64,000 bases of DNA, from the NCBI GenBank assembly GCA_037481815.1, contig JBBFKX010000001.1, positions 32,001 to 96,000 on the forward strand. Reading direction: 5' to 3'. Made by a program: the position numbers and the translations under genes. This document shows, piece after piece, positions 39,841 through 50,561 of this stretch. The stretch's first letter is position 1. Each line of letters begins with the position of its first letter. The notes beneath the pieces are model-generated. The model was not told where the DNA came from, did not search any database, and saw only the letters and a program-made list of their open reading frames with translations. The DNA is from a candidate division WOR-3 bacterium (lineage in GTDB: Bacteria; Hydrothermota; 32-111).

Positions 39841-42800
39841 ATGAAGAGTATTTCAAAAATTCTAACTATCGCCCCCCCCGATACTTACAGATAGTTTTTG
39901 TTTTCATTTTAGGTTTTGCATTAATTTTTTGTTTTGGAGATAACTTGAGTATTGAAGACATCAATTGTTGGGATTATAGTGATTTAAGTTTTGAATTAAA
40001 TTTAGATAATATTCAACAAGATGGTAATGATTATGGAGAAATTTCATGGAGTTTTTGCTATGGAATTGAAAAATCAATCTATAAATTAAAACATAAATAT
40101 GATTTTGAAATCGCTAATTCTATAGCGAATAATATAAATTTAATCTTATCTTTAAGGGATGATCGAAGAGGAGTCCATAGTTATATAGATAGCAGTGGAA
40201 CAGAAAGAACATTAAAAACATGGAGAGGGTTAAAATATTCATTGATTGAAAGAAATGATTCATTGTTTACCTATAATATCCATATATGTGGTTATGACTC
40301 TTCCTTGGATCGTTTTATTTATTATGGACCTTCTCATGGAATTCCTGCAAAATATTTTGCTTACCCAGATCTGGTTTTAACAGGAAGAATTTTACAAACA
40401 ATTTTAAGATTTGTAATTGCAATGGACACTATTGGCAAATGGGATGAAATTGGAGGTTGGTCTTACAGGTCAAAATTGATATATGATTGTAAAGAGAGTT
40501 ATAATGAATATATTCAATGGTTTCAGGATACAACAATAAATAACGATTCATATTGTGGGGCGTGGAAACACATATTTGATGTAATTGATATTAACTTTAT
40601 AAATGATGAAGTTAAAATTGACACTTTTTACCCACAATATCCTTTTAGAGCAAAGATGAGGCACCCTTTTAATAAAAATTCAACTATGGCAGATGCGGGA
40701 CTATTTCTTTATGAGCTCACAAAAGAAAATATATATTTAGAACAGACGAAAAAATTTGCTCATTATTTCAGAAATAACATTGATGACTCTACTTTTGTTT
40801 TTGGAAATGGCACTGATTCCACCTTTCTCTGGGCATATTCTGTCAATTATGTTAAAGGAAAAGCGGATGATATCTCTCATGGTGGACTTTCATTTATTTT
40901 TATGAACGATTATCACAAAAAATTCCCTGATGATGTTTTTGGAAAAGATGATATGATTAAAATGTTCAATACAATAAAATATTTAATGGTTATTCCTGGT
41001 TCAGAAACTACAGGAAATTATAGTTATTATCCATATCTTGACGGTTCTTATCATGATAGTTTAAAATATTTTCCTTTTTCCTCAGATCTTAAATATCAAA
41101 TGTTTAAATTTTATGGGTTGACTGAATATAAACCCCAAACATTTGAGTTTATTACAGGTATTATTGATAGTTTCAATCCTGAAGACGGTTATTTTCAATA
41201 TTATAAGAGATTTTATACTCCTTTTTCTGTAAAAATAGGAATTTTACCGGTGTCTGTTTTGCCTGTAGATAGTCAACAAATTGAAACTTTTGTAAATGGT
41301 GACAGGGTGTATGTTGAACTTAATTCGTTGTATAATTATACAGGATATAGAGATACCATTGTTATTGAATTATATGATCCAGATAAAAATGCTGAATATC
41401 ATCTAAAGGATACTCTTTACAATGTTTTGAAAGGAATAACATATAAAATTCCCTTTGGTAATTTAGTATTTGATGGAGAAACACTTAAAACAGACACTTT
41501 AGTTGTAAAGGCTTATGCATTAAGAGGTGGAGCGTTAAAATGTCCATTTTTTTCAGATACTTTACCTCTGGTAGCAAGAGATACAGTATATTTGTTTTCT
41601 CCAACTGAAATTTCTGTTCTTAAAAATAATACTTTTAATGTTTATGCTTGTTATCGAAACAAGAATATCGATCTTTTTGGAATAGATAGTGTGAAAATAA
41701 CAATCACTTATGATACGGTAAATGATGATGGGTCAATTGAAAAAGCAACACTAATCAAATACACAGATAGCAATGGAAAAGCATACTTCAATTTAAGAAC
41801 AAATACAACCTATCCAGTAATAATAAGAGCAGATAAATTAGGATATTTTACAGCGGTTGATACCTTGAAACCATTTATGTGGTCAACAACAAATGTTGCC
41901 CTGGGCCCTAGCAGTAGCACCCATCTGGTTAAACAAAATGGGTTACTTCATCTGGCTTATTCTGATGGTGATAGTATTGTATATGGTAGGAGCAAGGATT
42001 TTGGAAACAATTGGGAACTTAAAAAAATTGGTAGTGGTAGAGATGTTAGTATAACGACAATTTCAGGTGGAATAGCTGCTGTCTGGAAAGATGGAGAAAC
42101 ATGGCAATATGCATATTCAACATCCCCATGGACAGTTCCTTTAATACCGACTGTTATGGGATATCGAAGCCCTTCAATATTAGCGAATCCTGCTAATTTG
42201 TCACAATTATGGTTTGCAGGTATAACAACGGATCATCTGACAATTGATAATCAATGGACATTGCAATATACTTCATTTATGTATAATAATTTAACAATCC
42301 CTGAATTTATTCAACTGATAGGTGAAGAAGGTGAACTGGATAAAAACAATTATCTTGTGAAACCTTATGATTTTTCGTGTATAGGTGTTACCACAACAAA
42401 TAATAAATTAGGACCTGAAATTGTCTTTCAAGATGCAAATGGAGAGATTATTAGAAAAAAGTTTGATGCTACAAAAAATATTTGGCTTATTTCAGAAAAG
42501 GTTTCAAATTCAACTTTTTATTCCTTTAATCCAGATGTTAACCTGAAATCATTTAATGATACCAACAAAATAATTTGGCAGGAATATAATGATTTACATT
42601 TTAGAAATGAAATATATCTTGATAATTCATTTAAAAAAATTGTTGATAATGTTGTTAATGATATGAAATATCCACGTATTTACAATTCAATTATTACATA
42701 TGTTGGAGATGACAAATTGGTCAGAATAAATACTCAAGAATTTTCAAATGAAGTTGAGAATGTAACTTTAAATAAAGGATTGGATAGTTGTTTCTATCCT

Positions 42801-43673
42801 GTGTTAGTTGATTCTATATCCCTTTCAATAGGACTTAACCCATCAACTGGGCAGGATGTATATATAAAAAATACTAAAATAAGAGCTTTATGGGTCGAAG
42901 GGCATAATAACCACTATAAAATAGAATGTGGTGGAACAAATTTTAGGATTTATACTGATTCGATCTATCCAATACTGGAAAATCCAAGGAGTATTACTTT
43001 AACTGATACATTAACCAGTATTTCTGAAAGTGTACTGAGAAATTTTTTACCTTCGCCACAGAGTAGACAACCTATTGAAAGATTGAGTGCTCAAATAGAA
43101 TGTCTGAATCCTGCGATGGATTATCTACTTGAAATTATTACGACAAATAATAACAAAAATCAACCTTATGCATTAAGTATAGAAGAAGAATTTGTGAAGC
43201 TTATAGAAGGTAAAGAAAACAGAACATTCTTTGTTCTTGATAAATCAGATTATCAGGATGGAGATATAAAATTAAACATCGATAGGATAAGAGGTAATCC
43301 AAATAGAACCATAAATATTCATCTTTACGAATATGATAAAATAATTAAAGATTTCAGTGCTACTAAAAATAGTTATTTGCAATTTGGAAAAATTAATGAA
43401 AGTGTTGGCGAATTTAAATATAAATGGAGAGGAGCAGGATTTTCAGACAAAAAGATAGAATTTAATTTTTTGCTTCCTGAAAGTGGGTTGATTGAGTTAA
43501 AAATTTTTAATATAATGGGTAGAGAGATTTACTCAAAAAAAATGAATGGTCAGAAAGGAGAAAATATCATAAGAGTTGATGGAAAAACAACTGGTTTGTC
43601 AAGCGGGATTTATTTTTATATATTTGAAAGCAAATATGGAAAAGAGAGGGGTAAGATTGGTTTTATTAAATAG
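39841..43673 (+). pseudogene. Large secreted protein with T9SS-like C-terminal tail, frameshifted at a C8 tract in its signal-peptide coding region (likely phase-variable, OFF)
   Basis: AGGAGG RBS + ATG 39841 reads MKSISKILTIAPPDTYR*. One extra C in 39872-39879 fuses it to the 39945-43673 ORF, giving MKSISKILTIAPPRYLQIVFVFILGFALIFCFGDNLSIED... The body has an Asp-box (SKDFGNNW) and the tail IFNIMGREI..GLSSGIYF. Confidence 0.8.
39872..39879 (+). repeat. Poly-C (C8) homopolymer tract
   Basis: GCCCCCCCCG in an AT-rich genome; the longest G/C run I noticed in the window. Confidence 0.9.
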
Positions 43674-45816
43674 AATTAAGTTAAAAAAATTTTCGGAGGG
43701 AATAAAATTCCCTCCAATAAAATGGATGATACTATTGATATTAATTATTGAAACAATAGCATTATCTGCCGTAATAGAGATAAAACAGGAAATACCATTT
43801 GGAAGTTTTGAACCTAATATTTATTCTCCCATTATTATAAATAGAGAAACGGATACTTTACTGTCAATACTCTGTTATACAGGTGACTATAATAATGCTA
43901 TTTATAAATGGAGTAAATACCAATTTGAATTTTTGGATTTTATTAAAGGTGGTTGGATAAGAGGAACTGGTGATTTTGATAGTGATGGATTGTTGGATTT
44001 AATGGGAATAAATCCTTCAGATAGTAATATGATATTTATAATTGAACAGCTATATAAAGATAGTATAAGTAAAGAGTGGACTTGGAAATTGAAAATGAAT
44101 GAAAATGGGGAATATCATTGTTTTGGGGTTACCTCATTGTTGAAAGGAGATGGGAAAAACAGGATATTTGGAGCGCCGAACCCTAATACAACTTATAATG
44201 ACCCTTATGGCTGGTTTTATATGGATAGCGATAGTGATGATAGTTATTATTTCGCTTACAAAGATACATTTAAAAGAAAAGTTTATGCGATGGATATCGG
44301 ATATATGGACAATGATTCACTTTTAGATATTGTTACAATGACTCATTTAGGACACAAAGTGTATGAATCAAAGAATATGAATCAGGATTCATTTGTTTCG
44401 GTTTTTGACACAACTCTTGCTGGTACTTATTATGTTAAATTAATAGGGGATATTGACAAAGATGGCTATAATGATTATGTATTTGGTGGAAAAGCGTATG
44501 ATCAATCTCCTGCCGAATGGTTACATGACTTGTTTGAATGTGATGGTGACAATCACTATTTTAAAAAATGGAGTCGCTGGCAAAGAAAAGATTATGGACC
44601 ATCAGGTTCAGTGGGAAGTGGTTGTGGGGGAACAGCAGGTGATATGGATGGCGATGGATACGATGAACTGGTTCTTTGTGCTGGATCTATTTTAGAGATA
44701 TTCAAGGTAATGGGAAATGATAGTTTTGAATTGATATGGAGTATGGATAATGATACATTTTCCGGAAGCAGTGTGATAATGGCTGATATGAATGGAAATT
44801 GCAGAAAAGAGATAATATGGAGTGGGGAATCAGACCCTCTTCTCCCATATACATATGGAATAGATATGATGAAGACATATATAATTGAGTGGAGAATGTT
44901 AAATTCTCCGGATACAATAATCTATGGTAATACTATGGTTCCAGATTCTTTAACAAGTGATAGTTTTTTTATTTTCAACGAAGGGAGAGATACAATTTTA
45001 GTTGATTCAATAAGGTTTAAAAATCAGGAGTTTTTTGTCGATACTGAACTAACTTATCCATTAAAAATATATCCTGATGATAGTATGAAAATCAAAACAG
45101 GTTTTTATGCAGAAAGTACGGGATACTATCAGAGCGAAATGTATGTATATGGAGATAAAAACAAATATATAACAACATTGAAGGGAGGATTAGGAGTTGA
45201 ATGCAGGATAGACAGCATTAAAGCATCAGATGGTTTTGTAGCACAAAGTGGAGTTGATGGTGATGATTATGTAATAATATATTTCCATGGTCTAACCAAT
45301 CAACCAAAAATAGATAGCAGTAATATAGATAAAATATTACAATTAAACAATGAACATTCATGGTTAAATATAGATAGTGCCTACTGGCTTCCTCGAATAA
45401 TTCAGAAGGATAGGTTAAGGATAGAATTCAGAGATACATCTTCCACAGTATTGGTTGGAGATACAGTCTATCCAGATAGTTTAACAATACAGGAAACTTT
45501 ATTGAAGGTTCCATGCTTTAACCCAACAGTTGTAAGTGGTAGTTTTAGTCCGGCGGGAAATAATGAAAAAAAACTGTTAATTGAAGTTGAAAATAATGAT
45601 TTAAAAATCGAAATGTCTGAACAATACATAATATGGAATACCCTTACAGAAGGAATGTTAATGATATACGATATAACAGGAAGAGAAGTAGTAAGAGAAG
45701 AATCTAAAGGGGGTAAACATAAAACGAATATAAAAAATTTAAAAAAAGGAATTTATTTTATAAAGTTGAAAACACCTTCACATACAATTGTAAGAAAGTT
45801 CTCGAAATTTGAATAA
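43657..45816 (+). CDS. FG-GAP (integrin-alpha-like) repeat secreted protein with Ig-like domains and T9SS-like C-terminal tail
   Basis: GDFDSDGLLDL, GDIDKDGYNDY, GDMDGDGYDEL, ADMNGNCRKEI; tail IYDITGREV..NLKKGIYFIKL. Start uncertain (TTG 43657 after GAGGGG, or ATG 43726). Confidence 0.8.
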   Translation: MVLLNRIKLKKFSEGIKFPPIKWMILLILIIETIALSAVIEIKQEIPFGSFEPNIYSPIIINRETDTLLSILCYTGDYNNAIYKWSKYQFEFLDFIKGGWIRGTGDFDSDGLLDLMGINPSDSNMIFIIEQLYKDSISKEWTWKLKMNENGEYHCFGVTSLLKGDGKNRIFGAPNPNTTYNDPYGWFYMDSDSDDSYYFAYKDTFKRKVYAMDIGYMDNDSLLDIVTMTHLGHKVYESKNMNQDSFVSVFDTTLAGTYYVKLIGDIDKDGYNDYVFGGKAYDQSPAEWLHDLFECDGDNHYFKKWSRWQRKDYGPSGSVGSGCGGTAGDMDGDGYDELVLCAGSILEIFKVMGNDSFELIWSMDNDTFSGSSVIMADMNGNCRKEIIWSGESDPLLPYTYGIDMMKTYIIEWRMLNSPDTIIYGNTMVPDSLTSDSFFIFNEGRDTILVDSIRFKNQEFFVDTELTYPLKIYPDDSMKIKTGFYAESTGYYQSEMYVYGDKNKYITTLKGGLGVECRIDSIKASDGFVAQSGVDGDDYVIIYFHGLTNQPKIDSSNIDKILQLNNEHSWLNIDSAYWLPRIIQKDRLRIEFRDTSSTVLVGDTVYPDSLTIQETLLKVPCFNPTVVSGSFSPAGNNEKKLLIEVENNDLKIEMSEQYIIWNTLTEGMLMIYDITGREVVREESKGGKHKTNIKNLKKGIYFIKLKTPSHTIVRKFSKFE

Positions 45817-45827
45817 ATAAAAAACCT

Positions 45828-45851
45828 GGGGACGGTGCTTGACTTTTTGAC
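45828..45851 (+). repeat. 24-bp repeat copy 3 (GGGGACGGTGCTTGACTTTTTGAC)
   Basis: Identical to the reverse complement of 11774-11797; lies 11 bp after the stop of the FG-GAP gene. Confidence 0.9.
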
Positions 45852-45929
45852 ATTTTTGTTTTTTGTTTAAGGATAGTTTAAAGACATTTTGAAAAAATAG
45901 AATACTCTTTCAACAGAATGGGAGGATAA

Positions 45930-48146
45930 ATGAAAAAGATTTTCTTAATTTCCTCACTAATTTTTTTGAGTTTATTTATTTTTGCATCGAAGAGTTCATA
46001 TAGTTGGGATGAGATAAAAACATCAGAATTTAAAAATTTATTTGATCAAAAAAATTTAGAATGGGCAACAGATAGTTTAAATGTTGCAGGAATCGGCAGA
46101 GTGCCATATTTTGGAAGTGCTTACGATGTTTTCAGAGTTGATAGTTTTGCTTATGTTTCTATGGGATACAGTTTTGTAATTTTAAATGTGAAAGATCCCC
46201 AGAATCCAGTTCTTGTAGGATTTCTTGATATGAGTGTTATTCTGGATAAAATTTTTGTTTTGGGAAATTATGCTTATGTGGTCGATTCCAGTTCTAAAAT
46301 ATGGGTTATAGATGTTTCAAACCCTTCGAATCCAGTTGAAGTGACTTCTTTTGATACACCTGGTGATGCTGAAGGAATTTTTGTATATAAAGTATATCTT
46401 TTTGTTGCTGATGGTGATTCCGGATTACGGATCCTTGATGTATCAAATCCAGCAAATCCCGTAAAAACAGGGTATTATATCACTCCCGGTTATGCTTACG
46501 ATGTTTATGTTTTTGCTGATTATGCTTATATTGCTGATGGTGGTGGAGGTTTAAGAGTAGTCGATGTATCAGATCCTTCGACTCCAAAAGAAACAGGATA
46601 TTGTATAACAACTGGTTCTGTTGAAAAGGTTTTCATCTCATTAACCTGCGCTTATGTGATCACAAATAATGGTTTATTTGACTTCAAAATGAATATAATA
46701 GATGTGACCGATCCATCAACTCCAGAAGAAAAAGGTTCTTATTCAACTTTTAATTTTATAGAGGATCTGCATATTTCGGGTGCCTATGCTTATCTTACAG
46801 AATGGGAGTATGACTCAGAAACTTATGAGTTGAATATTTTAAATATTGCTGACCCTGCAAATATCGTTCAGATTGGTAGCACTGGACTTTATCCGTTTCC
46901 TGAAAATATTTATGTTAAAAGTGGTTACGCTTATGTTGCGAATGAAGGTTATGGATTGATAATAGTTGATGTGACAACCCCGACCTCACCAGTAAAGATA
47001 AGTAGTTATGATACTCCGACTTCAGCAGAAGGAGTTGTCGTTTCAGATAATTACGCTTATGTTGCAAATGATGATTTTGGATTGAAAATATATGATGTTT
47101 CTACTCCTGTAAATCCAAACCCATCAGGAAGTTATCTTTCTGCTTCTCCAGCCTTAGGAGTATACAAATCTGGTAATTATGCGTATGTTGTTAGTGGATA
47201 TTATATTTATGATATAGACCTTATGAAGTTCAACATACTTGATGTGAGTGATCCTTCGAACCCTGTAAAAGTTGGTTCCTTTGGAGATTGGGGGTTTGCA
47301 TACGATGTTTATGTATCAGGTAATTACGCTTACATTGCTGACTACGATTATGGATTAAGGATAATCGATATCTCTGATTTAACAAAACCAAAACAGGTTG
47401 TTTCTTATTCAACCGCAGGACATCTTTATGATGTTTATATTTCCTCTAATTACGCTTTTGTTGCTGCTAGTAGTGCAGGGTTAAGAGTGATCGATATATC
47501 AAATCCATTAAGCCCAATAGAGGTGGGATACTGCGATACACCAGGAAACGCTTTGAATGTTTATATTTCAAATGGATATGCTTATATCGCTGATAGCAAC
47601 TGTGGATTGAGAATCATAAATATCAACAATCCAGCAAATCCTGTTGAGGTTGGTTTTTATGATACTCCAGGAAATGCAAATGGTATTTATGTTTCCAAGG
47701 GATATGCTTATGTTGCTGATGGTAGCAGTGGACTGCGTATAATTGATGTAAAAAATCCAGCAAATCCTGTTGAAGTGGGTTATTATGATACACCTGGTTA
47801 TTCCAATGATGTTTTTGTATATGGTGATAATGTTTATGTTACAGATTTTAGAGGAATTTACATATTAGATTTTCTATTGACCGGGATCGACAAAAACATT
47901 GATCCGGATAATAAAAATCAAACGAGTTTAAATCTTGTGGTTTCAAACGATCAGTTAAGTTATAATGCACAGAATAAGAATGAACTCGTGATTTACGATA
48001 TTACAGGGAAAGTTGTAAAACAACAGATAAACAATTCACCGGGACGATACTCTTTGAGTTTAAAAGGATTAAATTCGGGAGTATATTTTTTAAATTTAAC
48101 AGATGGAAAGATAAAGTTAAATAAAAAATTTGTAATTGTTCGATAG
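45930..48146 (+). CDS. LVIVD-repeat beta-propeller secreted protein with T9SS-like C-terminal tail
   Basis: Many ~42-aa repeats YAYVAD..GLRIIDVSNP.NPVEVG.YDTPG; signal peptide; tail IYDITGKVV..GLNSGVYFL; GGAGG RBS. Confidence 0.9.
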   Translation: MKKIFLISSLIFLSLFIFASKSSYSWDEIKTSEFKNLFDQKNLEWATDSLNVAGIGRVPYFGSAYDVFRVDSFAYVSMGYSFVILNVKDPQNPVLVGFLDMSVILDKIFVLGNYAYVVDSSSKIWVIDVSNPSNPVEVTSFDTPGDAEGIFVYKVYLFVADGDSGLRILDVSNPANPVKTGYYITPGYAYDVYVFADYAYIADGGGGLRVVDVSDPSTPKETGYCITTGSVEKVFISLTCAYVITNNGLFDFKMNIIDVTDPSTPEEKGSYSTFNFIEDLHISGAYAYLTEWEYDSETYELNILNIADPANIVQIGSTGLYPFPENIYVKSGYAYVANEGYGLIIVDVTTPTSPVKISSYDTPTSAEGVVVSDNYAYVANDDFGLKIYDVSTPVNPNPSGSYLSASPALGVYKSGNYAYVVSGYYIYDIDLMKFNILDVSDPSNPVKVGSFGDWGFAYDVYVSGNYAYIADYDYGLRIIDISDLTKPKQVVSYSTAGHLYDVYISSNYAFVAASSAGLRVIDISNPLSPIEVGYCDTPGNALNVYISNGYAYIADSNCGLRIININNPANPVEVGFYDTPGNANGIYVSKGYAYVADGSSGLRIIDVKNPANPVEVGYYDTPGYSNDVFVYGDNVYVTDFRGIYILDFLLTGIDKNIDPDNKNQTSLNLVVSNDQLSYNAQNKNELVIYDITGKVVKQQINNSPGRYSLSLKGLNSGVYFLNLTDGKIKLNKKFVIVR

Positions 48147-48212
48147 ATTTCGTTTAAATGAAATGACAACGAGTTTTTTTAAAACTTACATATAAAAGAG
48201 AATTATTTTATA

Positions 48213-48240
48213 TTGACAAGAAAGAAAAAAATCATATAAT
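48213..48240 (+). promoter_or_regulatory. Consensus sigma70 promoter of the tRNA gene
   Basis: TTGACA (48213-48218)-16 bp-TATAAT (48235-48240). Confidence 0.75.
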
Positions 48241-48252
48241 ACAAAAACATTT

Positions 48253-48326
48253 GGGCCCATAGCTCAGCTGGTTAGAGCGGATGACTCATAATCATCAGGT
48301 CCTAGGTTCGATCCCTAGTGGGCCCA
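48253..48326 (+). tRNA. tRNA with CAT anticodon, most likely tRNA-Ile2 (lysidine-modified); CCA not encoded
   Basis: GGGCCCA/TGGGCCC acceptor stem, D-arm AGCTCAGCTGGTTAGAGC, anticodon arm GATGA-CTCATAA-TCATC, T-arm GGTTCGATCC. Lacks the initiator-tRNA GGG/CCC anticodon stem. Confidence 0.9.
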
Positions 48327-48417
48327 TTCTAAAAAGTCCCTTTATCCACTCTAAAATATTGACTTAACTTTATAATGATTTAAAATATTTATTTTAATTA
48401 ATTTAAAAGGAGAAAAG

Positions 48418-49593
48418 ATGAAAATATCAAAAAGGTTTGCGAATGTTGGCGATTCTTCAACATTAAAAATTACATCTCTTGCGAAAAGTATGAAAAGCAA
48501 AAATATTGATGTTGCGATACTTGCTGCAGGAGAGCCAGATTTTGATACACCTGATAAAATCAAAGAGGAAGCGATAAAAGCGATAAAGGAAGGTTTCACA
48601 GGTTATACAGCGGTCAGAGGTATAAATGAACTTCTTGAACTTATATGTGAAAAGTTCAAAAAAGAAAACAACCTTGAATACAAACCTGAAAATATCATTG
48701 TTTCAACAGGTGCGAAACAATCGATATACAATGTTTTACAGGCGCTTTGTGATGAGGACTCGGAAGTTATCCTTCTTGCACCATATTGGGTCTCATACAT
48801 TGAGATGGTCAAAATGACAGGTGCTGTTCCAATTATAGTTGATACATCACTTGATAATTTCAGAATAAATGTTGATAGAGTAAAAGAGAAGATAACGAAA
48901 AAGACAAGGATGATAATAATCAATTCTCCGAACAACCCGACAGGTGTTGTGTACACTGAAAAAGAGTTGAAAGAACTTGCTGATCTTATAGTTGAACATA
49001 ATATCTATTGTATTTCTGATGAGATTTATGAAAAAATTATCTATAGCCCCAACAAACATTATTCGATCGCATCTTTCAACGATAAAATAAAGGATTTAAC
49101 TTTTACTGTTAATGGACTTTCAAAGACATACGCGATGACTGGGTGGAGAATCGGTTATCTTGGAGGTGAAAAGAAACTTGTTGAAAAGGCGTTGATGGTT
49201 CAAACACATTCAACCTCATGCACTTCATCGATATCACAGAAAGCAGCAGTTGCCGCACTAAAACTTGATGAAAAAATAGTGAACAAGATGATCGATGAGT
49301 TTGCGAAAAGAAGAGAGTTTTTGATGAAAAAGGTTGAAAAGATCGAAGGTTTAAAATATGTTGAGCCACAGGGAGCATTTTATCTTTTCGTTGATTTCAG
49401 AAATTTTATTGGGAAAAAGTTTAAGGACTCAGAAGAGATATGCACAAAACTACTTGAAGATTATAAAGTTGCAGTTATTCCTGGTGGTGCATTCGGTGCG
49501 GAAGGATTTATAAGGATCTCGTATGCTGCTTCGATGAGTGAGATTGAAAAGGGAATCGAAAGAATAGAAAAGTTTTTGAAAGAGAATGTATGA
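48418..49593 (+). CDS. PLP-dependent aminotransferase class I/II (aspartate aminotransferase-like)
   Basis: GEPDFDTP, GAKQ, PYWVSY, NSPNNPTG, SDEIY, SKTYAMTGWRIGY, PQGAFY. Confidence 0.93.
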   Translation: MKISKRFANVGDSSTLKITSLAKSMKSKNIDVAILAAGEPDFDTPDKIKEEAIKAIKEGFTGYTAVRGINELLELICEKFKKENNLEYKPENIIVSTGAKQSIYNVLQALCDEDSEVILLAPYWVSYIEMVKMTGAVPIIVDTSLDNFRINVDRVKEKITKKTRMIIINSPNNPTGVVYTEKELKELADLIVEHNIYCISDEIYEKIIYSPNKHYSIASFNDKIKDLTFTVNGLSKTYAMTGWRIGYLGGEKKLVEKALMVQTHSTSCTSSISQKAAVAALKLDEKIVNKMIDEFAKRREFLMKKVEKIEGLKYVEPQGAFYLFVDFRNFIGKKFKDSEEICTKLLEDYKVAVIPGGAFGAEGFIRISYAASMSEIEKGIERIEKFLKENV

Positions 49594-50561
49594 AAAGTAA
49601 ATATATCGATAGAGTTACACTATTTTTGCAATCAGGAAAAGGAGGGGATGGGAGTTGCTCTTTCAGAAGAGAGATCTATGTTCCCAAAGGTGGACCAGAT
49701 GGTGGTGATGGTGGTAAAGGTGGAGATGTGATCTTCAGAGTCAACAAACGATTGTTCACTTTAAACCATCTCAGATATAAACACCATTTCAGAGCAGAGG
49801 ATGGAGAGAATGGAAAAGGTCAACAGAAACATGGAAGGGATGGAAAGGATGTTGTTATAGAGGTTCCGCCTGGAACTGTAATACTCGATAAGATGGGGAA
49901 TGAACTCAACGAGTTACTTGAAGGGGAAATAGTTTTTCTAAGAGGTGGAAGAGGTGGAAGAGGGAATGTCCATTTTAAAAGTTCAGTCAATCAGGCACCT
50001 CGAAGGTTTGAAAAAGGGAAAAATGGTGAAAGTGAAGAGGTGATCTTGGAACTGCGACTGATCGCAGATGTTGGGCTTGTCGGGCTTCCAAATGCTGGGA
50101 AATCAACATTTTTAAAGGTTGTGACGAAAGCGAATCCGAAAATCGCCGATTATCCTTTTACGACACTTGAACCAAATCTTGGGATTTTAACCGATGGTAT
50201 TAAAATAGTCAGGATCGCTGATATCCCTGGGATCATAGAGGGAGCGAGCGAAGGAAAAGGTCTTGGAAACAGGTTTTTAAAACATATCAGTAGAGTGAAC
50301 ATTCTCGTTTTCGTTATCGATATTACAGGTGATATTGAAAAAACATATAAGATCCTTTTGAGTGAACTTGAAAATTATGATAGAAGGTTGTTGAAAAAGA
50401 AAAGGATAGTGCTTTTCAATAAAACCGATTTACTTGAGAATAAAAATATCAAGGTCGGAGAGATTTTTAAAGATGTAAAATATACATTTGCATCTTTGAT
50501 CAACAATGATACTGGAAACATTGAGGATATAATTTTGAAAGAGATCGAGAATTATGTTTGA
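49590..50561 (+). CDS. obgE: GTPase Obg/CgtA
   Basis: FRRE.YVPKGGPDGGDGG.GG, ADVGLVGLPNAGKST, ADYPFTTLEPNLG, DIPG, NKTD. Confidence 0.97.
   Translation: MKSKYIDRVTLFLQSGKGGDGSCSFRREIYVPKGGPDGGDGGKGGDVIFRVNKRLFTLNHLRYKHHFRAEDGENGKGQQKHGRDGKDVVIEVPPGTVILDKMGNELNELLEGEIVFLRGGRGGRGNVHFKSSVNQAPRRFEKGKNGESEEVILELRLIADVGLVGLPNAGKSTFLKVVTKANPKIADYPFTTLEPNLGILTDGIKIVRIADIPGIIEGASEGKGLGNRFLKHISRVNILVFVIDITGDIEKTYKILLSELENYDRRLLKKKRIVLFNKTDLLENKNIKVGEIFKDVKYTFASLINNDTGNIEDIILKEIENYV

Noticed and set aside
11774..45851. 24-bp repeats as a CRISPR array or Tn3-type terminal inverted repeats
   Set aside because: The copies are kilobases apart with no spacers or cas genes. The GGGG ends face the cargo, opposite to Tn3 ends, and no transposase is present.
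47628..47797. Nucleotide direct repeats with 126-bp period (AATCCAGCAAATCCTGTTGA...)
   Set aside because: They are explained by the 42-aa LVIVD protein repeats; not a DGR template/variable pair (no reverse transcriptase in the window) and not a CRISPR.
48253..48326. CAT-anticodon tRNA as initiator tRNA-fMet, or as an island attachment site
   Set aside because: It has a paired 1-72 position and lacks the three G-C anticodon-stem pairs of initiators. No duplicated 3' end was seen nearby.
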